Source: Phycisphaerae bacterium (GTDB taxonomy: Bacteria; Planctomycetota; Phycisphaerae; UBA1845; Fen-1342). From it: DNA of 64,000 bases. Of this stretch, positions 1 to 9,763 are shown in pieces; the first letter of the stretch is position 1, and each line of letters opens with the position of its first letter. The stretch lies in contig CAXXTC010000002.1 of NCBI GenBank assembly GCA_963666925.2, positions 1 through 64,000 on the forward strand, read 5' to 3'. A model generated the notes under the pieces. That model saw only the letters and a program-made list of their open reading frames with translations, made no database searches and was not told the DNA's origin. The position numbers were made by a program, and so were the translations under genes.

Positions 1-1
1 C

Positions 2-667
2 GAACTTATCGGAATATTCGCCGTGGATACGGATGCCGGCTGCCGCCTGATGACGGCGCGCAGGATCGACCTGAAACACTGGGAACTGGTCAGCTTTGAC
101 GAAGCCGGCGATTCGCGCAACGGCGTGCTGTTTCCTGAGCAGGTCGGCGGCCGCTATTTGCGGCTCGAACGGCCCAACCGCGTCGCGCTCGACACTGGCG
201 TGACCACCGGCAATGAAATCGTTTTGTTTGAATCGAGCGATCTGAAGAAATGGAACCCGGTCGGGCCGGTGATGTCTGCCCGGCCGCACTATTGGGACGA
301 GCTCGTCGGCTCCGGCCCGCCGCCCGTCAAAACCCGCGCCGGCTGGCTGCATATCTACCACGGCGTCGCGTTGCACCTGAGCAGCATCCACATCTACCAG
401 GCCGGCGTGGTGCTGCTGGATCTTGAAGACCCGAGCCGGGTGATTCAGCGTGGACGCAACAACATCCTCGAGCCGCGCGAGCCATATGAACTGGTCGGAC
501 AGGTCGGCAACGTCGTGTTCCCCAGCGGTATGATCGTCGAGGAGTACGATGATGAGGGGTTCGCCCGGCCCGAGAGCCTGGTGCGTGTGTATTACGGTGC
601 GGCCGACACGGTCGTCGGACTGGCCACGGCCACAGTGGCGGAACTGTGCGCCGCCTGCGGCTTCTGA
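2..667 (+). CDS. Glycoside hydrolase family 130 (beta-mannoside phosphorylase-like), 5' partial
   Basis: Frame is open from the window edge. Motifs RNGVLFPE, GPPPVKT..GWLHIYHGV, PYELVGQVGNVVFPSG and YYGAADT are typical of GH130. Confidence 0.9.
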   Translation, partial: ELIGIFAVDTDAGCRLMTARRIDLKHWELVSFDEAGDSRNGVLFPEQVGGRYLRLERPNRVALDTGVTTGNEIVLFESSDLKKWNPVGPVMSARPHYWDELVGSGPPPVKTRAGWLHIYHGVALHLSSIHIYQAGVVLLDLEDPSRVIQRGRNNILEPREPYELVGQVGNVVFPSGMIVEEYDDEGFARPESLVRVYYGAADTVVGLATATVAELCAACGF

Positions 668-779
668 GGTCTGTTGAGTCTGCTCAGACACCGGTTGTGC
701 GAGGAACTGCACGTGACGATTCAACCGGGTTTTCTCGCCGGCCGAATGTTATTGCTCATAAGCACGTGAGATTCCTGCC

Positions 780-2720
780 ATGTTGTCAAAGGGTTTGATT
801 GCCCGTCGTTTTGCCATGCTTTCGATGTTGCTGATGCTCGCCGGCATGGCTTGCGAGATCGTGTTTGCTGCCGAGCCGACGGAATATCGCGCGGGCGTTG
901 CGCGGGCGTTATCGCAGGCGGGTGATAACGCGACGCAGCTACGTCAGGCGATCGACAACGCGCCGGAGGGACAACGGCCGGCCGTCTGTTTTCTGATCGC
1001 CAACATGCCGCCCGGCGACTGTTGCGCGCTGTCCGCGGAGTTTCTGCTGAATAATGTGAAGCTCGCTTACGCGGCCCGCGCGAGCCAGCCGTGGGCGGCG
1101 GCCGTCCCGGAGGAGTTGTTCCTCAACTACGTGCTGCCGTACGCGAATGTCAATGAACGGCGCGACGCATGGCGTCCCCTTCTTGCGGAGCGTTGCGCCG
1201 CGTTAGTGAAGGAGTGCAACTCGCTCGCGGAGGCGGCGTGCAAGCTGAACGAGACCGTCTTCGCGGAGTTCGGCGTCAGCTATCACGCCAGCAAGCGGCC
1301 CAAGCCGGACCAGAGCCCGCTGGAGTCGATCGACGCGCACTACGCATCGTGCACCGGCTTGTCGGTGCTGTTGATCGACGCGTGTCGAGCGGTCGGTGTG
1401 CCGGCCCGGTTCGTCGGCATCCCGCAATGGACGACGCAGGCCGGCAATCACAGTTGGGTTGAGATCTGGGACGGGCAGTGGCACTTTCTCGGGGCGGCCG
1501 AGCCGGACCCGCGCGGCGTCGACCACGCCTGGTTCACGGAGCAAGCCGCCCAGGCCGACTGCGACAGCCGGATGCACAGCATCTACGCCGCCTCGTTCCG
1601 GCGCACCGGCGAGCACTTTCCGCTGGCCTGGGACATGTCGCGCGATGACGTGCCGGCGCTGAATGTCACCCGCCGGTACACAGATGCGATGGATGTCGGC
1701 GTTCGTGCGGTGGACGCAGATGACGATCCGGTCGCTGGCCGGCTTGAGGTGCGCTGGCTGGATGAACTCTACGCGGTTGCCGAGCTAGCCGGGTATGCGG
1801 GCGAGAAAGCTGACGAAACAACCCCCGGCGCAGCAGGCTCGGCGGGCGAGACGCCCGCCCCACTTCAAGTTCAAGCGAGCTTGCGGCTGCCGCGGTTTGC
1901 TCGGCTGGAATTGATCTTCGCGCGTGAAGACGGTGCCCGGGTGCAGCGGTCGCTCTTTCTCGATGCCAGCAGCAAGCCGACCGTGCTGATCAACGCGTCC
2001 GATCTCGCCGCCAATGCGCGGCGCTACACCTGCGTGCGTGCGCAAGAGCCGCCGACGATTGATGGCCGACTTGATGACCCGGCCTGGGCGGCGGCGCCGT
2101 GGAGTGAGACCTTCGTGGACATCCAGGGGGCCGGTCATCCCCAGCCGACTTACGACACACGCATGAAGATGACCTGGGACGATGCGTATCTGTACGTCGC
2201 CGCCCGGCTCGACGAGCCGCACTTGTGGGGCACGCTGACGCAGCACGACGAAATCGTCTTTCACGACAACGATTTTGAGATCTTCATCGACCCGGACGGC
2301 GACTGCCAGGCGTACTACGAGATTGAGATCAACCAGCTTAACACGATCTTCGATCTGTTCCTGGTGCGGCGCTATGTTGATGGCGGGCCGGCCCTGCACG
2401 ACTGGGACATGCGCGGCCTGCGTCACGCCGTGCATCTCGACGGCACGCTGAACGACCCGAGCGACCATGACCGCGGCTGGCGCGTCGAGTTTGCGCTGCC
2501 GTGGCGATCGCTGCGGGAGGCGTCGCGGGTGCCAGCGCCGCCGAATCCGGGTGATACGTGGCGGATGAACTTCTCGCGCGTCGAATGGCACGTAACACAC
2601 GACGCGCACGGCTACCAGAAAGTCCCGAACAAGCCCGAGGAAAACTGGGTGTGGTCGCCGCAGGGCGTGATCAATATGCACCTGCCCGCGATGTGGGGCT
2701 ATGTAACATTCGAGCGCTGA
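780..2720 (+). CDS. Secreted transglutaminase-like domain + CBM9-like sugar-binding domain fusion
   Basis: Signal peptide; ASCTGLS and GNHSWVE (Cys/His); C-terminal IDGRLDD..W..APWS, DNDFEIFIDPDGD, YYEIEIN, WRMNFSRVEW, WVWSPQG. Confidence 0.8.
   Translation: MLSKGLIARRFAMLSMLLMLAGMACEIVFAAEPTEYRAGVARALSQAGDNATQLRQAIDNAPEGQRPAVCFLIANMPPGDCCALSAEFLLNNVKLAYAARASQPWAAAVPEELFLNYVLPYANVNERRDAWRPLLAERCAALVKECNSLAEAACKLNETVFAEFGVSYHASKRPKPDQSPLESIDAHYASCTGLSVLLIDACRAVGVPARFVGIPQWTTQAGNHSWVEIWDGQWHFLGAAEPDPRGVDHAWFTEQAAQADCDSRMHSIYAASFRRTGEHFPLAWDMSRDDVPALNVTRRYTDAMDVGVRAVDADDDPVAGRLEVRWLDELYAVAELAGYAGEKADETTPGAAGSAGETPAPLQVQASLRLPRFARLELIFAREDGARVQRSLFLDASSKPTVLINASDLAANARRYTCVRAQEPPTIDGRLDDPAWAAAPWSETFVDIQGAGHPQPTYDTRMKMTWDDAYLYVAARLDEPHLWGTLTQHDEIVFHDNDFEIFIDPDGDCQAYYEIEINQLNTIFDLFLVRRYVDGGPALHDWDMRGLRHAVHLDGTLNDPSDHDRGWRVEFALPWRSLREASRVPAPPNPGDTWRMNFSRVEWHVTHDAHGYQKVPNKPEENWVWSPQGVINMHLPAMWGYVTFER
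1841..1863 (-). repeat. REP family A (GTGG-GGCGGGCGTCTCGCCCGCC), in frame inside CDS
   Basis: Identical to the copy at 9514-9536. Other copies at 21373, 24512, 24559, 25508, 26660, 30886, 30933. Confidence 0.85.
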
Positions 2721-2747
2721 GCACAAGGTTTCTCAGGGCAATACCAC

Positions 2748-4151
2748 ATGACGGCGGAACTTCGGCCGGACAACCTGACGCACGCGCCTGATTCGCGGGC
2801 GGCACAGACGGAGTGCGCGTCTTGGCTGCGTGACCGGCTGGCGTGGTTCCGCGATCTGAAGTTCGGGCTGTTCGTGCATTGGGGTATTTATGCCCAATGG
2901 GGCTGCACCGAATCATGGCCGCTGGTCGCCGACGAGCCGTGGGCACGCAACGCACAACTGCCGGCCTGGATCGAATCTGAGCGCGACTTCGCGCGTTTCC
3001 AGCGCGCCTATCGCCGGCTCAACGAGACGTTCAACCCGGGCGCGTTTGAGCCGGCGGAATGGGCGTCGATTGCCCGCGCCGCCGGCATGAAGTATTTCAA
3101 CTTCACCACGAAGCACCACGACGGCTTCTGCCTCTGGGATACGCGGACGACGGACTACCGCGTGACGCACCCAAGTTGTCCGTTTCACACGCATGCTCAC
3201 GCCGATGTCGTACGGGCACTGTTCGACGCGTTTCGCGCGGCCGGCCTGGCGATCAGTTGCTATTTCTCCAAATCCGATTGGCATTGCCCGTATTATTGGA
3301 AGCCTGATCAGCCCGCGACGACGCGAAATCCGAGCTACGACGCACGCGTCGAGCTGGACACGTGGCGCCGTTTCGTCGAGTTCACGCATGCGCAGGTTCT
3401 GGAGTTGATGAGCGGATATGGGCCGATCGATGTGTTGTGGCTCGACGGCGGTCAGGTGCGTCCGCCGGTGCAGGATATCCAGATGGATCGGCTGGTTAAC
3501 GCCGCCCGGGCCCATCAGCCGGGGCTAATCGTGGTTGATCGCACGGTCGGCGGCGAGCACGAGAACATCCTGACGCCCGAGCAGCAGATTCCTGAACAGC
3601 CGATCGCGGCCGCGTGGGAAACGTGCCTGACGCTCGGCTCCAGCTTTTCCTACAAGCCCAACGACGAATATAAGAGTGTCCGCCAGACCATCGCTCTGCT
3701 CGTCGACATCGTCAGCAAGGGCGGCAACCTACTGCTGGGCGTTGGTGCCGACGCGCAGGGCCGATTGCCGGGTGACGCAGTCGAACGTTTGCAACGCATT
3801 GGCGCCTGGCTCGACGTAAACGGCGAAGCGATTTACGCCACGCGCTCGACGACGCCGTTCATGCAGCGCGACGAGGCGCTCGACGTACGCTTCACGCGTA
3901 AACAGGACACGCTCTACGCGGTCATCCTGGCCCAGCCGATACAGCAGCGGCCGCCGATGCGGATCGAACTGGCTGGCGTTCGACCAGCGCCCGGGGCGCA
4001 GGTCAGATTGCTCGGTGTTGATGAACCCGTCGGTTGGCAGGCGAGCGATGCCGGCGCCGTGTTCACGATTCCGACTGCTCAGCTCGAGCGCGAACCGGCC
4101 CGGCCGGCGTGGGTACTGGAAATCCCCGTTGCACAGCAGCCGGCGTGTTGA
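2748..4151 (+). CDS. Alpha-L-fucosidase (GH29)
   Basis: KFGLFVHWG, TTKHHDGFCLW, LWLDGG, WETC, VSKGGNLLL motifs. Confidence 0.93.
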   Translation: MTAELRPDNLTHAPDSRAAQTECASWLRDRLAWFRDLKFGLFVHWGIYAQWGCTESWPLVADEPWARNAQLPAWIESERDFARFQRAYRRLNETFNPGAFEPAEWASIARAAGMKYFNFTTKHHDGFCLWDTRTTDYRVTHPSCPFHTHAHADVVRALFDAFRAAGLAISCYFSKSDWHCPYYWKPDQPATTRNPSYDARVELDTWRRFVEFTHAQVLELMSGYGPIDVLWLDGGQVRPPVQDIQMDRLVNAARAHQPGLIVVDRTVGGEHENILTPEQQIPEQPIAAAWETCLTLGSSFSYKPNDEYKSVRQTIALLVDIVSKGGNLLLGVGADAQGRLPGDAVERLQRIGAWLDVNGEAIYATRSTTPFMQRDEALDVRFTRKQDTLYAVILAQPIQQRPPMRIELAGVRPAPGAQVRLLGVDEPVGWQASDAGAVFTIPTAQLEREPARPAWVLEIPVAQQPAC

Positions 4152-4190
4152 TCTCGCCGAATCTGCCGGACATGACGCGGTTGTTCGACG

Positions 4191-6131
4191 CTATCCCTCG
4201 ACGCGTCCATCGTCACGAACGTCGACCTGCCGGGTGCGTAACTGCCGGAACATCTTGCGCAGGTCGCAGAAGCCGCCGATGGCGAACCACACCATCACCA
4301 CGACGCCGCAGGCCAGGATGAACCAGGTCCAGCCATGCCAGAAGGTCAGCCAGGTTTCTGCGGGGATGCCGACGAGCAGCGTATAAGCGGTTACAGCTAT
4401 GAAGATGATGGTCCAGAGGAGCGGCCAGCCGACCGTCAGATAAGCCACGAAACGATCGGGGCCGGTGAAATCGGAAGTGACTCCCAGTTTTTCGCGGATG
4501 GTCGCGGGCTTTCGCGGGGCGGTGCCGCCCTCGTCGGCGACGGCGTACTTGCCACGGTGCAGCAGGCGGTCCATATCGTGCGTCGCGCGCGGGCCGAACA
4601 GCGACACGCCGACATAGGTCGCGACGGCCAGCACGATCGCCAGGAAGCTCATCTCCTGGCCCGTGAGGAAGAAGTCGGGCTCGATCTTCTTGATGCTGAT
4701 GCCGGCCAGCGACGCGATCATTCCGATGATCATGGCCGACCACGCGGCCGTGGTCGTGCCGCGTTTCCAGTAGAGCCCGCCGACAATCACCGCGCCGGCC
4801 CCGCCGACAAACATCGAAGCGGTCAGCGCACAGAACATGGCGATATATTGCGTGTGCTGGAAAAAGAGGCTGACGAAAAAGATGAACACCGCGACACCAC
4901 ACACGGACAGTCGCAAGAGCCAGAGGTGCGTCGATGGGCTGATCGGCTTACGCCGCAGCGGCAGCACAACGTCCTGCACGAGGATGCTCCCCCACGAGTG
5001 CAGGTAGGTGTCGTGCGTGCTGATGAACAGGCCCAGCAGGGCCGCACAGGCCAGCCCCAGCAACCCCGGCGGCAACATTTGTCCCATCGCCAGTGGCGTG
5101 CGGAGCTGGTGCTGGAGCGTTTCCTTGACCTCTGCGGACGGGGCATCGATGGCAGCGAGCGATTGGTCCACCACCGCCGCCTGGGGGGCATAATCGGGAT
5201 GCGTCAACAACGTCCGCACACAGATCGGCAGCACGACGACGATCAGCATGAGCACACGCATGCGCCACTGGCTCAGCATGTTGGCCATCTTCGCCTCGTG
5301 GGCGTTGATCGCGCAGGAGTTATACCCCTGCGTGCCCTGCCAGCCGCGGGCGTTGTAGAACATGATCACGACGCCGATCAGGTAGTACCAGACGTTGAAG
5401 TGTTCCTCCCGACCGAGGTCGAACGGGTTGATCTGAGATTCTCCCGGCGGCGCGGCGAGCAGCACCTCCGAAATGTGGCCCCAGTCGAACGTGAATAACA
5501 GGAACACGATGATGACGATGAACGCCACGTTGCTGAACACGCCCTGCAAAAAGTCCGTCACCATGACGGCAATCTGCCCGCCCAGCAGCAACAACGCCAG
5601 CGAAACCAGCAGCAAACCCGCCATCAGCAGTGGATAGACGGCCAATTCCAGGCCCGCGAATGTGAAGTGAGATGGAAACCCGCACAGCGAGATGAAAAAC
5701 CGCGCCCCGATCGACGGGAAGATGGCGAAGTTGATGATGCCGGCCACAAACGCCACGATGCCGGCGAAGATCCGGAACCGCCGGCTATAGCGCATCTCGA
5801 AGAACTGCGCCATGGTCAGGGCGCGGGTCTGTCGAAAGCGGACGATTACCCAGCCTGAGAGCGCCATCACGATCCAGGCCGGCCCCTCCATCAGCGCCCA
5901 CCAAATCGACGTGTAGCCGACCTTGTAATTCTGCTCGAAATACCACACCAGCGTGATGACGCCGACCTGGGCCATCTGGTCCGCGACGCTGATCAGGTAA
6001 CGCCCGCCGCAGCGATCGGCCGCCAGAAACGCCGACACACTGCGGTTATACCGGCGCGTGCGGGCGGCTCCCCACACTATGATCGTCAGCAGCAGGCAGA
6101 CGATGCCCCAGTCGACCAGGTGCATGTTCAT
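4191..6131 (-). CDS. Sodium:solute symporter family transporter
   Basis: About 14 hydrophobic segments; FLAADR, TMAQFFEMRYSR, GG..AV.VTDFLQG, GGLYWKRGT. Confidence 0.9.
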   Translation of the reverse strand: MNMHLVDWGIVCLLLTIIVWGAARTRRYNRSVSAFLAADRCGGRYLISVADQMAQVGVITLVWYFEQNYKVGYTSIWWALMEGPAWIVMALSGWVIVRFRQTRALTMAQFFEMRYSRRFRIFAGIVAFVAGIINFAIFPSIGARFFISLCGFPSHFTFAGLELAVYPLLMAGLLLVSLALLLLGGQIAVMVTDFLQGVFSNVAFIVIIVFLLFTFDWGHISEVLLAAPPGESQINPFDLGREEHFNVWYYLIGVVIMFYNARGWQGTQGYNSCAINAHEAKMANMLSQWRMRVLMLIVVVLPICVRTLLTHPDYAPQAAVVDQSLAAIDAPSAEVKETLQHQLRTPLAMGQMLPPGLLGLACAALLGLFISTHDTYLHSWGSILVQDVVLPLRRKPISPSTHLWLLRLSVCGVAVFIFFVSLFFQHTQYIAMFCALTASMFVGGAGAVIVGGLYWKRGTTTAAWSAMIIGMIASLAGISIKKIEPDFFLTGQEMSFLAIVLAVATYVGVSLFGPRATHDMDRLLHRGKYAVADEGGTAPRKPATIREKLGVTSDFTGPDRFVAYLTVGWPLLWTIIFIAVTAYTLLVGIPAETWLTFWHGWTWFILACGVVVMVWFAIGGFCDLRKMFRQLRTRQVDVRDDGRVEG

Positions 6132-6262
6132 TCGGCAGGCTCGCTTCGTCCTGTTTGTCGAGACCGGTTCGTATCCGCTGCGCCGCGGGGCGTCAAGGCG
6201 ACCGCTGTCATGCCTTTCCGGCCACCTGCCCCCCTACTTATGAACCCGATCGGAGTGCGCGG

Positions 6263-9200
6263 TCACGATCGCGACGCCGCCAGCGTGACAATCTGGAACG
6301 GTCGTAGCTCGATGGTGGTGCGCCGTGCAGATTCGTCGTGCGAAACGCCGGCAATGGGCAATGGGCGTTCGAGCAGATCCACCGACTCGACCGCCTGCAC
6401 GGGCAGGTTCCAGCCGATGACCACCTGACCAGCGCCGCCGTGAGTTTCCACCAGACGCACGATCAGTCGATCGTCCGCCTCGGCGCGTTTCGATGCCGAC
6501 AATACCGCTCGGGCCGCACCGCTGACGGCGATATTGAAGGGTGCCCACGTTCCGTGAATCGGGCCGGCCTGCCCGGGCGGAGCCGGCAGCGCCAGCAACG
6601 GCGCATTGAGCGTTTCCGCCTGCCGATCCACACCGGCCGTTCGCCAATCGCCGTCGTGAACCATCAGGCTGTACGTAAATTCGTGCGAGCCCATGTCCAC
6701 CTGCGGGTTGGGGAATTTCGGGCTGCGCAGCAACGTCAGCCCAAGCACGTGGCCATCGCAGGAATGTCCGTACTTGCAGTCGTTCAGCAGAGCCACGCCA
6801 AAGCCCGGCTCAGACAGGTCCATCCAGCGGTGCGCCGGCACCTCGAACATAGCCCGATCCCACGACGTGTTTCGATGCGTCGGCCGCCGAATGTGTCCGA
6901 ACGCGATTTCGTAGGTCGCCTGTCGGGCACGTACGTCGACCGGGAAGAGCACGCGCAGCACACGCCGGCTCTCGTGCCAATCAACCCGGCTATGAACATC
7001 CAGCCGGGGCGAGCCCGCCTCCAGCACGAAACGCTGCGTAATGCGGCTATGCTCGCCGAGCGGCCGCGTTACCTCGATCGCGGCGCGCTGCGGGCCGGGC
7101 TCGACAACCTGCCAGTGCTCGTCCGGCCCCTCGACGGCGAACGGCTTTTCCGCATACTCCGCGTCCAGGTCCCACGCCTCCCAGGCACGCGGCCGATCTT
7201 CGTAAAGCACGAGCTGGTTCAGCGGCGCACGCGAGCCGTCGCCGAGCGGTGCGTTCGCCGACCGCTCCGAGTTCGCTCGCCGCAAGTCAACAACGCGGCC
7301 GGCGGTGTCGATCGTGGCGCTGATGATCCCGTTCGAGAGTGTGCGGCCATGTTGGTGTGCGGGCTGAAAACTGGCCGGCGTAGCGCGATCAATCACCGCC
7401 AGACCACAGGGCGGCAACTTCTCGACGTAGTGTTCCTGACCATCACATTCGACGAACCCCGAGCGCTCCGAGGAAGTCGGATTGAACACGACCAGGGGCG
7501 CTTCCAGCCCGGTCGTGTCCACCTGCTCCGCCCAGCGGCGCAGGCCAGCCGCGATGAGCGCATCGTGAGCCTCGCGCACCTGTGCCAGTTGCTCGCGGGC
7601 ATCGTCATACACGTCGGCGACCGACACGCCAGGCAGAATGTCGTGGAACTGGTTGAGCAGGAGCAGCTTCCAGGCCTGGTCGAGCCGCTGCTGCGCGTCC
7701 GCCTCCTGGTCCGCGGCCGGCCGCGTCGGCCCGCCGAACGTCAGCCACTCCGCCAGGTGCAGCCCGAGTTCGGCCCGCCGATTCGCCTGCTTGATCCACG
7801 CGCAGGTGGTGTAGGTGCCGCGATGGAGTTCCAGGTACAGCTCGCCATCCCAGACGGGCCAGTCGCGTCCCTCGGCCTGCTGCGCAGCCCGGCGTTGGTG
7901 CAGCTCCCGGCAGAATTCATCCACCCGCGCGAGCTTCGCATGGGGCAGCCCTTCGCACTGCGCCGCCAACTGCGCAAAGTGGATCGACCAATCGGTCGTC
8001 CCGCCGCCGCCGTCGCCATGACCAAACGGCTGAAGCCAGATGCCGGCGCGGGCGTGATCCAGACGGGCAGCATTCTTCTCGCCGCGCAGCAGTTCCGCCG
8101 GCGTCATGGCCGCGTTGTAGTCCTGTCCCGGCGTGCAATGCGCCAGAACCTCGCTGCCGTCGATCCCGCGCCAGCGGAAACTCGCGTGGGGAAATTCGTT
8201 GGTCTCGTTCCACGACAGCTTGGTCGTGATGAACGTCTCCAGGCCGGCCAGACGCATGATCTGCGGCAACGAAGCGGGAAAGCCAAACGAATCCGGCAGG
8301 TACAAATACGGCTGGCGCCCATGCTGGCCGAACCGGGCCTCCCAGTAGCGTGTGCCGTGCAGGATTTGCCGTACGAGTGACTCGCCCGCGGGCAGGTTGC
8401 AGTCCGGCTCGACCCACATGGCGCCGCCGGCTTCCCACCGCCCGGCCCGCACGCGCTCCGCAACCTGGGCGAAGAGCTCCGGCGAACTCTCCTCCAGCCA
8501 GGCATACTGCTGGGCCTGGGTGTGTATGAACGCAAACTCCGGATATTGCTCCATCAGCCGCAATGTTGTGGAAAACGTGCGCTGACACTTGCGCCGCGTT
8601 TCGCGAATGGGCCAGAGCCAGGCCGTGTCGATGTGAGCGTGGCCGACGGCGCAGCACTCCGTTTGCGAAGCCCCGGACTGCCCGCGAATAGCGTCCTCCA
8701 GCGTTTGCTGGGCCCGCGAGGCGGAGCCGGCCACGTCGCGATCGTCGATCTGGTCGATGGCCCGGCGCAGGCCGTCGCAAAGTCGCCGGGCGCGTTCGGA
8801 ATCCGCGGCACACAGCAGCATGAGCTGTCGGGCGAAATCGAATGTCCGCCACAGCCGCCAGGCTGCGGGGTCAAACGCGGCCAGGTCGCACTGCGCCAGC
8901 CGGCCGGGCTTCGGCTCCTGCCAGCGGCGCTGCATCTCCTGCTCGTCCCACCAGAAAGTCGTAACGCCCAGCCGGCGATTGCAGGCACCCTCGATGTACA
9001 GGTCGATTTCTTCGCCGCCCCGGGCCGGATCGAACAGAACACAGGCCGGATGGTTGTCGTCGAGCCCCTGGTACGGCGTGCCGGCTTGCCACAGCAGCGC
9101 CTCGGAGCCGCACGAGAAACGCAGCGCCGCCGGCCAATCGGCCAGTTCCGGTAACACGCGCCCCGTCACATGAAACCACGCCGTCGACCACGCCGGCCCC

Positions 9201-9382
9201 CAGCGCCAGCCGAGTTCGATCCGTTTATACGTCTGCCGGATGGCCTCGGCGTAGGGAATGCGCTGTGGGCACTGGAACACCGCGACGTCGAGCGGCGTGA
9301 CACTCGTATAAACGGCTGGTTCAAGCACCTGGTCGGCAAAGACCGAGAAGCGATAGCCGGCGGCCTCAAGTTCGGTCATCAT
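6263..9382 (-). CDS. Alpha-mannosidase (GH38, class II)
   Basis: GHAHIDTAWLWP, WVEPDCN, LPDSFG, GDGGGG, ELYLELHRGTYT, NQFHDILPG, LLNDCKYG. Start placed at an ATG pair (9382/9379); the ORF extends to 9433. Confidence 0.93.
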   Translation of the reverse strand: MMTELEAAGYRFSVFADQVLEPAVYTSVTPLDVAVFQCPQRIPYAEAIRQTYKRIELGWRWGPAWSTAWFHVTGRVLPELADWPAALRFSCGSEALLWQAGTPYQGLDDNHPACVLFDPARGGEEIDLYIEGACNRRLGVTTFWWDEQEMQRRWQEPKPGRLAQCDLAAFDPAAWRLWRTFDFARQLMLLCAADSERARRLCDGLRRAIDQIDDRDVAGSASRAQQTLEDAIRGQSGASQTECCAVGHAHIDTAWLWPIRETRRKCQRTFSTTLRLMEQYPEFAFIHTQAQQYAWLEESSPELFAQVAERVRAGRWEAGGAMWVEPDCNLPAGESLVRQILHGTRYWEARFGQHGRQPYLYLPDSFGFPASLPQIMRLAGLETFITTKLSWNETNEFPHASFRWRGIDGSEVLAHCTPGQDYNAAMTPAELLRGEKNAARLDHARAGIWLQPFGHGDGGGGTTDWSIHFAQLAAQCEGLPHAKLARVDEFCRELHQRRAAQQAEGRDWPVWDGELYLELHRGTYTTCAWIKQANRRAELGLHLAEWLTFGGPTRPAADQEADAQQRLDQAWKLLLLNQFHDILPGVSVADVYDDAREQLAQVREAHDALIAAGLRRWAEQVDTTGLEAPLVVFNPTSSERSGFVECDGQEHYVEKLPPCGLAVIDRATPASFQPAHQHGRTLSNGIISATIDTAGRVVDLRRANSERSANAPLGDGSRAPLNQLVLYEDRPRAWEAWDLDAEYAEKPFAVEGPDEHWQVVEPGPQRAAIEVTRPLGEHSRITQRFVLEAGSPRLDVHSRVDWHESRRVLRVLFPVDVRARQATYEIAFGHIRRPTHRNTSWDRAMFEVPAHRWMDLSEPGFGVALLNDCKYGHSCDGHVLGLTLLRSPKFPNPQVDMGSHEFTYSLMVHDGDWRTAGVDRQAETLNAPLLALPAPPGQAGPIHGTWAPFNIAVSGAARAVLSASKRAEADDRLIVRLVETHGGAGQVVIGWNLPVQAVESVDLLERPLPIAGVSHDESARRTTIELRPFQIVTLAASRS

Positions 9383-9513
9383 GATCAGGGAGTATACCAA
9401 CACTGGGCCGCGCTTCGCGCCGCAGAAACGCACTCATAATCGGCGCGAAGGCCAGGCGGCCGCGGCTCGGCGGACGGAAAAGGTTATTAAGCCACCCCTG
9501 ACACAGTGAACTC

Positions 9514-9536
9514 GGCGGGCGAGACGCCCGCCCCAC
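9514..9536 (-). repeat. REP family A copy
   Basis: ggcgggcgagacgcccgccccac = hairpin plus GTGG foot on the minus strand. Confidence 0.85.
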
Positions 9537-9605
9537 CTCGGGTTCGAACGGTTGATTCGCTAGCTCAGACGCCCGGCCCGCTAACCTCTTGGTCGAATCG
9601 TTCGC

Positions 9606-9655
9606 AAAACGAGACGCCCGCGCTGCCGACGGGCAACGCGGGCGTCGTTGGTTTT
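9606..9655 (-). terminator. Probable intrinsic terminator (possibly bidirectional)
   Basis: gacgcccgcg..tgcc / ggca..cgcgggcgtc stem flanked by AAAA and TTTT, downstream of the minus-strand gene ending at 9764. Confidence 0.55.
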
Positions 9656-9664
9656 ACATCCGGC

Positions 9665-9758
9665 TAGAGCAAGCTCTACTTACTTGTAGCGGCCTCCCTG
9701 CCGTTTTTTTCGGGACACTTGGATGTTTGGACGCTACGAGTTCGTCGAAAACGCTCTA
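9665..9758. mobile_element. 94-bp MITE-like element, copy 1
   Basis: TA-GAGC...GCTC-TA ends; near-identical copies at 11556 and 12723. Confidence 0.75.
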
Positions 9759-9763
9759 ACGAA

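Noticed and set aside
6338..8380. Long alternative ORFs (e.g. 6338-8380+, 4335-5498+, 14863-16056+, 22506-24002+, 25346-26494+, 42275-43441+)
   Set aside because: Antisense or off-frame shadows of well-supported genes, expected in high-GC DNA; no recognisable motifs.
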